NCBI GenBank assembly: GCA_024653565.1
Contig: JANLIK010000015.1
Location: 21,289-85,288 of the forward strand
Length of the DNA stretch: 64,000 nt
Reading direction: 5' to 3'
Source of the DNA: an archaeon
GTDB taxonomy: Archaea; Nanobdellota; Nanobdellia; Pacearchaeales; GW2011-AR1
Position 1 is the stretch's first letter. Every line of letters begins with the position of its first letter. Below the pieces are notes generated by a model that searched no databases, was not told the origin of the DNA, and saw nothing but the letters and a program-made list of their open reading frames with translations. Positions 19,209-29,243 of this stretch are shown one piece after another. Made by a program: the position numbers and the translations under genes.

Positions 19209-19928
19209 ATGGCTAAGTGGTTTGATGAAAAATATAGAGAAGGTAATCCAAGAACAGGGATAGTTAGAAGAGGAATTAGGCCAGTTGGTATTAACATGCC
19301 AAAACTTTCGTACACAAGTATAATAGTTATAATCAATGTAATCGCCTTCTTAGCATTTATTCTCTTGGTAAATAACAGCAATACAGAAGAGGCCCTGGCA
19401 CTCACAGCATTACAACCCTCAACAATTCTTTCGGGAGGGGCAATCTGGACCTTCATAACAAGTATGTTTATGCATGCAAACCTTACACATTTATTTGTAA
19501 ATATGATTTCTCTAATGTTTATTGGGAATTTTGTAGAAAAATTAATTGGTAAAAAAAGATTCTTAGGAATTTATTTCGCAACAGGAATTTTCGCGGGGAT
19601 ATTTTTTGTAGCAATTGCGGCATTGACTGGAACAGATTTAAACATTTATGCCGTCGGTGCTTCTGGAGCCATCTTCGGACTTGGAGGACTTTTAGCAGTT
19701 TTAACACCAAGACTCCCAGTTTTGGTATTTTTTATAATCCCCCTTCCAATGTGGGCCGCAATGACCTTTCTGATTGTGGTAGTCTGGATAATCTCTTCGG
19801 GTTTGGGAATTCCAATTGGAAACATAGCACACCTTGGAGGACTTCTTCTAGGAATAGGTTATGGGTTTTACCTTAAAAGGAAATACCCTAGAAAGACTAA
19901 AATGATTAGCCAATACTTCTCTCGATGA
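19209..19928 (+). CDS. Rhomboid family intramembrane serine protease
   Basis: GASGAIFG catalytic serine motif and AHLGG catalytic histidine, within six TM helices. Confidence 0.8.
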   Translation: MAKWFDEKYREGNPRTGIVRRGIRPVGINMPKLSYTSIIVIINVIAFLAFILLVNNSNTEEALALTALQPSTILSGGAIWTFITSMFMHANLTHLFVNMISLMFIGNFVEKLIGKKRFLGIYFATGIFAGIFFVAIAALTGTDLNIYAVGASGAIFGLGGLLAVLTPRLPVLVFFIIPLPMWAAMTFLIVVVWIISSGLGIPIGNIAHLGGLLLGIGYGFYLKRKYPRKTKMISQYFSR

Positions 19929-20503
19929 AAAAGAAAACAAACTCTCTGAGCAAAAATTATTCTCTCTGTTGGAAATTCCTTAAAGAAACAAAAAAGTATA
20001 TACTCTTTGCAATAATTCTTTTTGCCTTCTTTTTTATAGTCGGATTTCTCTTTCCCATATTTTTTCGAGAACAAATTATTAATCTCCTCATAGAATTGGC
20101 AGATATCTTCTTTGGGAAAACCCTTATAGAAGGAATTATAGCCATCTTCTTTAATAATCTTCAAGCAAGTTTTTTTGCAATAATATTTGGGATAGGATTT
20201 GGAATTATTCCGTTAATTATAGCAGTAACCAATGGATATCTTCTCGGCTTCGTTTCAAGAGAAGCATCAAACATAGAAGGCCCTTTAATTTTGTGGAGGA
20301 TTCTTCCTCATGGGATATTTGAACTCCCTGCAGTTATGTTCTCTATAGGGATTGGATTAAGGTTAGGAGTATCATTGTTCTCAAAAGAAAGAAAAACAAA
20401 AAAAGAATTTAAGGAAGCAATAAGATTTTTTATATTTGTAATCATTCCATTATTATTAATCGCCTCTATCATAGAGGGGTGCCTGATATTCTTAATGAAG
20501 TAA
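19925..20503 (+). CDS. SpoIIM/DUF95-like membrane protein
   Basis: Multi-TM protein with the topology and size of the stage II sporulation protein M family. Weak motif support. Confidence 0.45.
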   Translation: MKKKTNSLSKNYSLCWKFLKETKKYILFAIILFAFFFIVGFLFPIFFREQIINLLIELADIFFGKTLIEGIIAIFFNNLQASFFAIIFGIGFGIIPLIIAVTNGYLLGFVSREASNIEGPLILWRILPHGIFELPAVMFSIGIGLRLGVSLFSKERKTKKEFKEAIRFFIFVIIPLLLIASIIEGCLIFLMK

Positions 20504-20551
20504 GTATAGCAATCTTTTTATACTAAAAGAAATTAATAAAGATATCAAAAG

Positions 20552-21604
20552 ATGGTAAAGAAAAAAGAGAATTCTAAAAAATCATGGGGATTGACGATTT
20601 TTATCATAATACTTGTCATTTTAATTATAGGGTATTCAACAAATTGGTTTGGACTTAATAAAGAAGTAAGAATGAGTCCATTAGAAGATTTGGCGAGATG
20701 GGTGTTCCCTGGAGATAATGAAGAAGAAGGAATTATCAATCCCGTTCTACCAACAAATGAACTAAGAGATAATCAAGCAAGTTTAGCTAATGGTATAAGA
20801 CCTATAGAAGATGTAAATATGGTCTCACTCATTCCTGGAGGGGCACTCTCCCAAGCACTAGTAGTTAGTGGTTGTGTTATGTGTAAGGAATTTGGATCTA
20901 AGGAAGGAGGTTATACCCTAAATGATGACGATGAAATTGAAGCAATGGACGACGCCATAGAAGCGGCCGAAGAACAAGGGAAAAGTATAGGAGGATATAC
21001 TACCGATGATAATTTTAAGTATGGAGGTATTGCGGGACCAGAGGATTGTTTTGGTGACTGCGAAACACCCCAACAGGAATGTCAGATGGTATTAAGAATT
21101 CCTTCAGAGGGAGATGTAAAAATTACTTGTTTATGTGCACCCCCAGATAATAAGGGGAATATTGTGAATGTCAATGGAAATAATTATTTCATTTTAGAAG
21201 ATGGAGGAACCAAAATAACTGAAGTAAAAGTCAATCCCCCTAAAGGGAAATGTGGTGGAAGTACTAAAGTTATCGTAGGTTCTATCTCCACCAGTGAAGG
21301 GTATAATGTTGACAAGGATGAACAGAATAATAATTTGAAAGAACAAACCAAAGCTAAAAATATAGTTAAATCAAGATTGCAACAACTATGTCAAGAAGAA
21401 GTAGATGGTATTAAGGATTGTCCTACTGCAAGTAAAGAATTTTGCTCTAACCAGATTAAACCACCTGTAAAGTCGTGTACTGCAACACTAAATAATAACT
21501 TAAAATGTGGTGCTTCACCTTCATATGTCGTTGGACAACCTAGAGGAGTAGTTACGGGAACATTATCACCCACTGGAGAAGCAGTATGTACTTGTGCCCC
21601 TTAA
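20552..21604 (+). CDS. Secreted or membrane-anchored Cys-rich protein (350 aa)
   Basis: N-terminal TM/signal anchor and many paired cysteines. Confidence 0.5.
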   Translation: MVKKKENSKKSWGLTIFIIILVILIIGYSTNWFGLNKEVRMSPLEDLARWVFPGDNEEEGIINPVLPTNELRDNQASLANGIRPIEDVNMVSLIPGGALSQALVVSGCVMCKEFGSKEGGYTLNDDDEIEAMDDAIEAAEEQGKSIGGYTTDDNFKYGGIAGPEDCFGDCETPQQECQMVLRIPSEGDVKITCLCAPPDNKGNIVNVNGNNYFILEDGGTKITEVKVNPPKGKCGGSTKVIVGSISTSEGYNVDKDEQNNNLKEQTKAKNIVKSRLQQLCQEEVDGIKDCPTASKEFCSNQIKPPVKSCTATLNNNLKCGASPSYVVGQPRGVVTGTLSPTGEAVCTCAP

Positions 21605-21701
21605 GAAGTTTAACACCAACATCTCAGACATTTATTTCACTACTGCCCATAGACGAATTTTCTCAGAAATTCTTATAAAGGTGTAATTTTGTAGTAGTAC
21701 T

Positions 21702-24700
21702 ATGTCTAAGATTACTTTCACAAACAAAATAGTCTTTCTTTTAACATTAGTCTTATTAATTGGACTTTCAGCAATAGTAACTGCAGCCGCAAGCCAAACT
21801 TGCTATGATAATGGACTTGACCAAGCAGATACAAAAACTATTCAAATGGAAGGAAAAGGTTCTGGAACATATAAGTGTCCTGGAAACATGATTGTTAGTG
21901 GTTTTGCAATGGATGATAAAGATGACCGACATGCAACTGCCTTAAAATGTATGAACACCTCTGGAGTTCTGGTAAGCCATACAGAAACAAAAGTAAAACT
22001 TACTGTAGATGGAAAAAATTCTTGTGGTTCTGGGAAGATTATGACTGGTGTAATTTATGTTGATTCTGGAGACGACCACATAAGCCATATAATCTGTAAA
22101 GCAGCAAACAATATAAGTTCTAATAGTAGACTAATTGTTTTGGCAGGAAAAAGCGGAAATTCTTTCACAGTATATTCTGACGAAGGAAATGGCCAAGTTG
22201 CTTGGGGAATCACTGCAGTAAACCAGAATAGAGACCCCCAAAAGAATCTAAGGGGAATGTATGCTTCTAGGATAAATATGGGAATTCCCGGAGAAGGAAT
22301 ACAAAAGTGTGTCCAAACAAACATTTGTGACGCGGGATACGAAGCGGTTCTTAAAACAACAAAAACTCTAGATGCAACAAAATCCGCCACAGCAGGGGAC
22401 ACACAAAGAAATGGATTCAAACTTCCAGTAGGAGAATATGTATTTGAATTATATTCTGGAGCATGGAGTAGATGGAATTCTGATAATAAGGACTCAACAA
22501 ATGTTGGTGGGAAAAATGGATACACTTGGTTATCAGATGCAAAAGTAAGATACAAAACTAGTTCAAACAACTATAACGGATTTTTCCTCGGAGAAGATGC
22601 CTATTACAAAAACGCATCAGCCGCACAATCTGCAAACGCAGGAGCCCTACAATTCGCAAACATAACATATAGTAGCTGGCTATCTAACAATGTTTGGGTA
22701 TGGATAAAAGACACACCAATAACTGACAACAGGAATGGAGAAGGGAAGGTTATTGTAAAGGTTTGGCAATGTAGTTTAATTCCACAATGTAGGGATGGAA
22801 TTGATAATGATGGAGATGGTGTAACTGATTATCCAAATGACTTTTCATGTTCAAGCGCAAACGACGCAACAGAAGGCACACCCCTTACACAATGTCAAGA
22901 TGGTATTGACAATGATGGAGATGGTGTAACTGATTTAGCTGACCCTGGTTGCCTAACAAACCAAGGGAATAACGAAGGCTCTGCAACAACACAATGTCAA
23001 GATAGTGTTGATAATGATGGGGATTCCTTAACAGATACAGCAGACCCTGGATGTTGGACAGATGTTACAAACCCAAGTACTTATAATAAGACAAGAAACA
23101 ACGAATCAACAGCAACCTCCCAATGTCAAGACGGAATTGATAATGATGGAGACAATGCAACAGATTATCCAAATGATTTCTCATGTTCGGCACTAACAGA
23201 TAACAACGAAACAAATCCTCTTGCCCAATGTCAAGATGGTGTTGATAATGATGGAGATGGTGTAACTGATTTAGCAGACCCTGGATGTTCAACAAATCAA
23301 GGAAACAACGAAAGTTCAGCAACAACGCAATGTCAAGATAGTGTTGATAATGATGGAGATGGTGTAACTGATTTAGCAGACCCTAGTTGTTCTATCGCAA
23401 CAGATGATGACGAATCTAAGGATGTAACAGCTCCTGTAATATCTAATATTCTTACAATTCCCTCATTACCCCTAACAAACTTTGGACAAAGTCAAAACCT
23501 TTCAGTAGATTTTGATAGCTCAGAATACCTTATAGACATCACATTTAACCTTTATGATAGCAACGGCACCCTCGTGAACACCCAAGGACCAACAAGCATT
23601 CCAAATAACTCTAGTTTGCCTGTCCTATATATTATACCTGCTGGATTGTCTGTAGGAGACTACACTCTAAACATGACTGCAACTGACCCAAGTAATAATT
23701 CAGCAACTGTGAATGTTGGAACAATATTAGTAAGAAATTATCAATGCTCTGATGGAACTGACAATGACGGAGATGGTTACATAGACCTAGCAGACTTTGG
23801 ATGCTCAAGTGCTACAGACGATGATGAAACAAACAATGGAACATTCCAATGTAATGATGGAACTGACAATGACGGAGATTCGTTCATAGACCAACTTGAT
23901 GCTGGATGTTCTGCTTGGGATGATGATAATGAAACAAATACCATTCCTCCAACAACCCCTCAATGTTCAGATGGAACTGACAACGACGGGAATGGATTAA
24001 TTGATTTCCCCGCGGACCCAGGCTGTATGAATGCTTCGGATAATGACGAAATGGATCACTCTCATATTCACCAATGTTCAGATGGAATTGACAACGACGG
24101 GGATGGTTCAATAGACTTCCCTGCAGACTTTGGATGTTCATCTTCAATGGACGATGATGAAGTGAATAACAACTTAACATACCAATGTTCTAATGGTCTA
24201 GATGATGACGGAGATTCATTCATAGACCAATTAGACATGGGATGTTCTGCTTGGGATGATGATAATGAAACAAATACCATTCCTCCAACAACCCCACAAT
24301 GTTCTGATGGAATTGACAATGACGGAGATGGTTACATAGACTTAGCAGACTTTGGATGCTCAAGTGCTACAGACAATGATGAAACAAATCCTATGGCACA
24401 ATGTCAAGATGGAATCGACAACGACGGAGATGGAGATATCGACATGGTAGATTCTGGATGTATTAATAGTCAGGACAATCGAGAATATAAAAGTTCTTCA
24501 AACAGCAGAAGCACATCAAGTGGTGGAAACAGCGGCCAATGTATTGAGGGAAATTGTGGAGACTTTAATGATCAAATAATCCCACAACTCCAGGTTAAAA
24601 CTATTGAACCAATTGTATTGAACGCAGGGGATTCAATTATATTAGGTAGTGGAGAAACAACAACCAGATTAATAACTGGAAACTCAATTGCCCTTGATAA

Positions 24701-24833
24701 AGACAATAGTGAAAGCCCTACAGCATCCACAGCATCAACAGCAAACGAAGGGATCTTACCAATAATCCTTAAATTCCTAATAATTGGAATCATAATTCTT
24801 ATAGTTATAATTATCTTGATAGTTGTGCTTTAG
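21702..24833 (+). CDS. Large cell-surface protein (1043 aa) with about 14 MopE-like C.DG.DNDGDG..D metal-binding repeats and a C-terminal TM anchor
   Basis: Signal peptide, repeated CQDGIDNDGDGVTDYPNDFSCS units that also show as DNA tandem repeats (22780-24480), and a C-terminal hydrophobic anchor ILPIILKFLIIGIIILIVIIILIVVL. Confidence 0.7.
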   Translation: MSKITFTNKIVFLLTLVLLIGLSAIVTAAASQTCYDNGLDQADTKTIQMEGKGSGTYKCPGNMIVSGFAMDDKDDRHATALKCMNTSGVLVSHTETKVKLTVDGKNSCGSGKIMTGVIYVDSGDDHISHIICKAANNISSNSRLIVLAGKSGNSFTVYSDEGNGQVAWGITAVNQNRDPQKNLRGMYASRINMGIPGEGIQKCVQTNICDAGYEAVLKTTKTLDATKSATAGDTQRNGFKLPVGEYVFELYSGAWSRWNSDNKDSTNVGGKNGYTWLSDAKVRYKTSSNNYNGFFLGEDAYYKNASAAQSANAGALQFANITYSSWLSNNVWVWIKDTPITDNRNGEGKVIVKVWQCSLIPQCRDGIDNDGDGVTDYPNDFSCSSANDATEGTPLTQCQDGIDNDGDGVTDLADPGCLTNQGNNEGSATTQCQDSVDNDGDSLTDTADPGCWTDVTNPSTYNKTRNNESTATSQCQDGIDNDGDNATDYPNDFSCSALTDNNETNPLAQCQDGVDNDGDGVTDLADPGCSTNQGNNESSATTQCQDSVDNDGDGVTDLADPSCSIATDDDESKDVTAPVISNILTIPSLPLTNFGQSQNLSVDFDSSEYLIDITFNLYDSNGTLVNTQGPTSIPNNSSLPVLYIIPAGLSVGDYTLNMTATDPSNNSATVNVGTILVRNYQCSDGTDNDGDGYIDLADFGCSSATDDDETNNGTFQCNDGTDNDGDSFIDQLDAGCSAWDDDNETNTIPPTTPQCSDGTDNDGNGLIDFPADPGCMNASDNDEMDHSHIHQCSDGIDNDGDGSIDFPADFGCSSSMDDDEVNNNLTYQCSNGLDDDGDSFIDQLDMGCSAWDDDNETNTIPPTTPQCSDGIDNDGDGYIDLADFGCSSATDNDETNPMAQCQDGIDNDGDGDIDMVDSGCINSQDNREYKSSSNSRSTSSGGNSGQCIEGNCGDFNDQIIPQLQVKTIEPIVLNAGDSIILGSGETTTRLITGNSIALDKDNSESPTASTASTANEGILPIILKFLIIGIIILIVIIILIVVL

Positions 24834-24844
24834 AAATTAATAAT

Positions 24845-25045
24845 TTATTCTTTCAAACTGCTAAGACTCATAACTAATAGGATTGCCCCAAGAATAATCA
24901 ACATCCAAACAAGACCACCCTTAAAAAAAACAGATGCAGCATCACCAACACCCCAAATATTCACAATCCATGCAGAAATTGGTGCAAGAAACAAAATCAA
25001 CCCAAAAATTATCCCAATAAATTTGTTCATTACATAAATAAACAA
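24845..25045 (-). CDS. Small two-TM membrane protein (66 aa)
   Basis: ORF only. Confidence 0.35.
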   Translation of the reverse strand: MFIYVMNKFIGIIFGLILFLAPISAWIVNIWGVGDAASVFFKGGLVWMLIILGAILLVMSLSSLKE

Positions 25046-25142
25046 AAGTGCTTTATATATATTTTTAGTCTAGAAAATATACTTTAGGATGACTTAAACA
25101 AAGTTTTATAAATAACTTAGACTAGTATAAAATATGAAAAGT

Positions 25143-25157
25143 GACTTCATTGAAGTC
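25143..25157. promoter_or_regulatory. Perfect palindrome GACTTCAtTGAAGTC in a conserved leader about 36 nt upstream of the MKKW start
   Basis: An inverted repeat seen directly in the sequence. A near-identical leader sits upstream of the divergent gene ending at 29120. Confidence 0.45.
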
Positions 25158-25192
25158 TCATGTTTCAATTTATCAAAGGAGAAGATGAAAAT

Positions 25193-25462
25193 ATGAAAAA
25201 GTGGGTGAGCTATACAATCGCAATATCTGGCTTAGTGATAATGGCTATAGGTTTTGGAACATTCAAACTTGAATGGGCAATCCTGAACACCATAAGTCCT
25301 ATGATAATAACAATAGCTGGAGTTATCCTAATCGTCGTTGGAGTTTTATTCTCTCTAATGGGAGGGTCTGGAGGAAACCAGGCCGCAAGAGAAGTTCCTA
25401 TTTATGAAGGAGAAGGAAAAAATAGAAAAATTGTAGCCTACCAAAGAAGCAGTGATGATTAA
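25193..25462 (+). CDS. Small membrane protein. Start placed at MKKW, where AAAGGAG lies 9 nt upstream; the longer 25160 start is less likely
   Basis: SD-like AAAGGAGAAG precedes the ATG at 25193. Two TM helices. Confidence 0.5.
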   Translation: MKKWVSYTIAISGLVIMAIGFGTFKLEWAILNTISPMIITIAGVILIVVGVLFSLMGGSGGNQAAREVPIYEGEGKNRKIVAYQRSSDD

Positions 25463-25477
25463 ATTTATTTAGAAAGA

Positions 25478-26284
25478 TTATCCGATATTTCTCAAGGCCT
25501 TTTCCATTTCCTTAATCCTATCCCCCACACGCTCTGCTGCGGCAGTCTGTGGAGGAGTAGCAGTCAAATAATTCATTTGTTCCTCTCTCATCTCTAAGAT
25601 TTTTAGAGTCATCTTATCTCGAAGTTTTGTCTTGGCTCCCACACTTCCCTGCCTATAATCTGCCAATCCAAACCACTTATGGATTGCGTTATCAAAGATA
25701 AAAGAGAGTATAACAAACCCCAAACCAATCCAGTAGATAATATTTGTTATTCCAATTTTTGAGCTATCATAATACCAAAGAGCAATAAACGCCGCTGCAA
25801 AGATTACCCATCCGGCCCGACGTCCAAATGTTTGGAAATTATTACTGTTATGTAGAAAGAAGAAAAATATTGCTAATGGTAAGAAGACTAAGATAGCTAC
25901 ACTTAAAGCACCATAAGGAATTCGAATACCTTGAATTAACTCATCAGGCAAATATCTAACAGCAAGAATTGATATTGCTAGCCCTATTATAAAATTCAGT
26001 CCTTTTTTATCAGAAAGAATCTTGTTTTTATTAAGGATAAAATAAATTACTATAAATGTAAGGAAAAAAAATAAAAGCTTAGTATAAATCAGCTCTTGAT
26101 TATCATAGGGGGGTGTAAATAGTACCAACGAGATAAACTTAAGAAGAACTCCTACCAGTTCCCCTATCCAACCCAAGAGAACTCCCACTTTTTGAATTTC
26201 TCCACTAACATCTGCGGCACTCACAAGTGAAAAGGAAAATAAAGTAACTAGAGAAGTTAACATCTTTTTTTTCATAATTCTCAC
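25478..26284 (-). CDS. Multi-pass membrane protein with signal peptide (268 aa)
   Basis: ORF with hydrophobic segments. Confidence 0.55.
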   Translation of the reverse strand: MRIMKKKMLTSLVTLFSFSLVSAADVSGEIQKVGVLLGWIGELVGVLLKFISLVLFTPPYDNQELIYTKLLFFFLTFIVIYFILNKNKILSDKKGLNFIIGLAISILAVRYLPDELIQGIRIPYGALSVAILVFLPLAIFFFFLHNSNNFQTFGRRAGWVIFAAAFIALWYYDSSKIGITNIIYWIGLGFVILSFIFDNAIHKWFGLADYRQGSVGAKTKLRDKMTLKILEMREEQMNYLTATPPQTAAAERVGDRIKEMEKALRNIG

Positions 26285-26369
26285 AACCCATCAAAGTTTA
26301 AAAACATTTGTTTGATATTAAACAATCTACCAGCGAAATATTTATAAAGAAAGATTAACTAAAGAAGAA

Positions 26370-27206
26370 ATGAAAAAGGGCTTCAACAAAAGAGGACAGA
26401 ATATATTTGCAGGAGTTGTCGTCGTTCTTCTTGTTATTTTTTTCGGGATTCTTATCTTTGGTTGGATTGACAAGGGCTCTGCAGAAGGGGGCATGAATCT
26501 AGTAAGTAGTATATTTGTAGATATTCTTGGGCCATTATTTAAGGGCTTGCTAGGTTTTGATGGAACAAATGATTTTATGATGGTCTTAGCCTTCCTAATG
26601 GCTGCAATAGTAGTAGTATCAACTTTAGATTCTATAAATATTTTTGGTGAGTCCAAATCTGGACACCTTGTAAACTTCTTCGTTGGAATGATTGTCGCAG
26701 TCATAGGTGTTAGATTTATGCCTTCAACCCTTTGGAATGGATTATCATCTCCTGCAAGCGCATTTATTGCAACAATACTCGTAGGATTACCCTTCTTAGT
26801 AATGTTCTTCATAACTATGAAGATTAAGTCTCGTTTAGCAAATAAGGTAATCTGGTTAGTTTATTTTGCATTCTTAAGTTACCTTATAGCTACAGGGACA
26901 TTCGATGTAGATGGAGCTAAGGCTACAATGTGGATATATATCATCTTCGCATTTCTTTCCCTGGTAATGTTAATCTTTGACGCAAGTATAAGAAGAATAT
27001 TTTACAAAGAAAGAGTTGAAACAGGAATAGCTCAAGCAAAAGGAACCCAAGCCCTAATCCAAATACAGAAGCTAAAAGCCTTAATACAAGAATATCAAAC
27101 TGTTATTGCAGACCCTAATTCTGATCCAAAAACAAAAGCAGACGCTAGGAAAGCAATGATGAACACTGAAAAGACAATAAGAGAGTTATCCGGACTAGGA
27201 AAATAA
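26370..27206 (+). CDS. Multi-pass membrane protein, paralog 1 of a tandem pair
   Basis: MKKGFNKRGQNIFAGVVV N-terminus resembling a class III (prepilin-like) signal. Clearly paralogous to 27369..28220, with a conserved upstream region. Confidence 0.6.
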   Translation: MKKGFNKRGQNIFAGVVVVLLVIFFGILIFGWIDKGSAEGGMNLVSSIFVDILGPLFKGLLGFDGTNDFMMVLAFLMAAIVVVSTLDSINIFGESKSGHLVNFFVGMIVAVIGVRFMPSTLWNGLSSPASAFIATILVGLPFLVMFFITMKIKSRLANKVIWLVYFAFLSYLIATGTFDVDGAKATMWIYIIFAFLSLVMLIFDASIRRIFYKERVETGIAQAKGTQALIQIQKLKALIQEYQTVIADPNSDPKTKADARKAMMNTEKTIRELSGLGK

Positions 27207-27368
27207 TTAGATAGTCTTCCTAAAATTCCCAAATATTAAACATCTTTTGTAAGTACATAATGTCTAATAATCTCAAAAAAAGAAATTAATTTATTTGAGA
27301 AAAATTTTATTTAGAAAAAGATAATTCACCAGCGAAATATTTATAAAGAAAGATTAACTAAAGAGGAA

Positions 27369-28220
27369 ATGAAAACGGGCTTCAACAAAAGAGGACAAAA
27401 CATATTTGCAGGAGTTGTCGTTGGTATTCTTATTATTCTTGCAGGGATTTTTCTTATCGGTTGGTTTGCTCTAGAGGGAGGTACCGCAGAGAAAGGTATG
27501 AATTTGGTAAGTGAGTTATTTATGACAATTTTAGGTCCGATATTCAAAGCAGTTTTAGGATTAGACCAAACAGGACAGAATAATGCCTTCTTAATGGTTT
27601 TAACGTTTCTCTTAGCATCTATAGTTATTGTATCAACTCTTGATTCTGTAAATATCTTTGGTGAATCAAAAGCAGGACACCTTGCAAACTTCTTTGTCGG
27701 AATAATCGTCGCAATCATAGGTGTTAGATTTATGCCTAAAGATCTTTGGATGTCTTTAACATCTCCGGCAAGTGCATTCATTGCAACATTACTTATAGGA
27801 TTACCTTTCTTAGCTATGTTCTTTATAACTATGAAGATTCGGTCTCGTTTAGCAAATAAAGTAATTTGGTTAGTTTATTTTGCATTCTTAAGTTACCTTA
27901 TCGCCACAGGAACCTTTGGTGTGGAAGGGGCTAAAGCTACACTTTGGGTATATATTATATTTGCTGTACTTTCCCTATTAATGTTCTGGTTTGATGCAAC
28001 CTTCAGAAGATTAATCTACAAAGAAAGAGCAGACCTAGGCATCTCTAAAGCCAAGGGCTCTCGAGCCTTGGCGCAAATAAATACTCTAACAACAAGTATA
28101 GAAGCCTATCAGAATATTATTGCAAATCCAATGGCATTACCTGCAGACAAAGTGGCAGCTAGAAAGCATATAAAAGAGATTGAAAAGACAATAAGAGAGC
28201 TATCTGGATTGAAGAACTAG
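27369..28220 (+). CDS. Multi-pass membrane protein, paralog 2 of a tandem pair
   Basis: MKTGFNKRGQNIFAGVVV N-terminus. Conserved upstream sequence accagcgaaatatttataaagaaagattaactaaaga. Confidence 0.6.
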   Translation: MKTGFNKRGQNIFAGVVVGILIILAGIFLIGWFALEGGTAEKGMNLVSELFMTILGPIFKAVLGLDQTGQNNAFLMVLTFLLASIVIVSTLDSVNIFGESKAGHLANFFVGIIVAIIGVRFMPKDLWMSLTSPASAFIATLLIGLPFLAMFFITMKIRSRLANKVIWLVYFAFLSYLIATGTFGVEGAKATLWVYIIFAVLSLLMFWFDATFRRLIYKERADLGISKAKGSRALAQINTLTTSIEAYQNIIANPMALPADKVAARKHIKEIEKTIRELSGLKN

Positions 28221-28442
28221 TTATAGAAATTATCTCCTTGCCCTATATATTCTCCATCATTTTGTTGAGATATCTAGAAATATTATATTAATACAAAGGC
28301 AGAGATAAAAAAGTAAAGGGTGAGCTAGGATTCTAGCCAATCTAGAAACATACAGAATAAATCCTTAGAAACTTTAATGTGAATATTACCTCCTATACTT
28401 ACAAATAGAATCTATAAAATAAACATTCCTAATCCCTCAACC

Positions 28443-29120
28443 CTATGGAGGACCCATTGTACCATCATTTACTACCTCTTGTACTTCTGCCATGGCCTTT
28501 AACTTAGACATCTGAGTTCCGGCAGCAGTTCCTTCATCTATGGCATCTCCTATCTTTTTCTTTCTCACAACCTTATTTACAACAATATGGAGGAGAAAAC
28601 AAAGCCCTATAGCTCCTAGAATCACTAAGATTGAAGGAAAGGTACCAAGACTTTCACTTTTAAAGCTAAACAATGAAAGAGCCAAGGATTTTATAATTCC
28701 AAAGAAAGAAAGGACAAGAGTAAACACCAAGGAAACTACACTTGAAATGGTTCCAGAAGATGGAGTAAATAAGTGAATAACATTCTGAAGAATTGAAAAA
28801 ACAATAATAAATATGCCTATTAAAACAATAAATAAAAAGATACTTAAGTTATCCCCTGAGGTCACTTTAAATATAATTTCAGAACCAGACTGCATCCATT
28901 TAGGAACAGAGATTTCTATAGGAAATGATACTTTTGATTTATCAAATAAATTACTCCCAAGTTCTTTTGATTTATCAACTAAATTAACTCCTTCTCCATC
29001 AGTCACAACACTTTCACCTGAGTCACCCGAACCAGCCACGGGAGGATCACTCTCTTGAGCAAAAATAATGGGGAGAATTAATAAAAAAACAAATACCAAC
29101 AATATTAACTTCTTTTTCAT
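28443..29120 (-). CDS. Secreted or membrane protein. Start placed at MKKKLILLV; the annotated longer start at 29153 is probably leader
   Basis: Signal peptide and a C-terminal TM segment. Same conserved leader as 25193. Confidence 0.5.
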   Translation of the reverse strand: MKKKLILLVFVFLLILPIIFAQESDPPVAGSGDSGESVVTDGEGVNLVDKSKELGSNLFDKSKVSFPIEISVPKWMQSGSEIIFKVTSGDNLSIFLFIVLIGIFIIVFSILQNVIHLFTPSSGTISSVVSLVFTLVLSFFGIIKSLALSLFSFKSESLGTFPSILVILGAIGLCFLLHIVVNKVVRKKKIGDAIDEGTAAGTQMSKLKAMAEVQEVVNDGTMGPP

Positions 29121-29155
29121 ATTTTTGTCTTCTCCTTTAATAAATTGAAACATGA

Positions 29156-29170
29156 AACTTCAATGAAGTC
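29156..29170. promoter_or_regulatory. Second copy (14 of 15 nt) of the GACTTCAtTGAAGTT palindromic leader element, on the minus strand
   Basis: Seen in the sequence. It lies within a ~60-nt leader conserved with 25139-25200. Confidence 0.4.
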
Positions 29171-29243
29171 ATAATTTCATGATTTATTTAGTTAATACAT
29201 ATTTAAAACTCTTTCTAACAAAGTTTAAAAGTAAAAGAGACCT

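Noticed and set aside
22780-24480. Regular DNA repeats that might suggest a CRISPR array
   Set aside because: The repeats are in-frame coding repeats of the DNDGDG surface protein, variable in length and sequence, with no repeat-spacer periodicity and no cas genes nearby. The Cas4-like gene at 55409 is isolated.
26342-27781. Minus-strand ORFs 26342..26812 and 27341..27781, which look paralogous to each other
   Set aside because: They lie antisense to the tandem paralog pair 26370..27206 and 27369..28220. Their mutual similarity is a mirror of the sense-strand paralogy, and they have no start context or motifs of their own.
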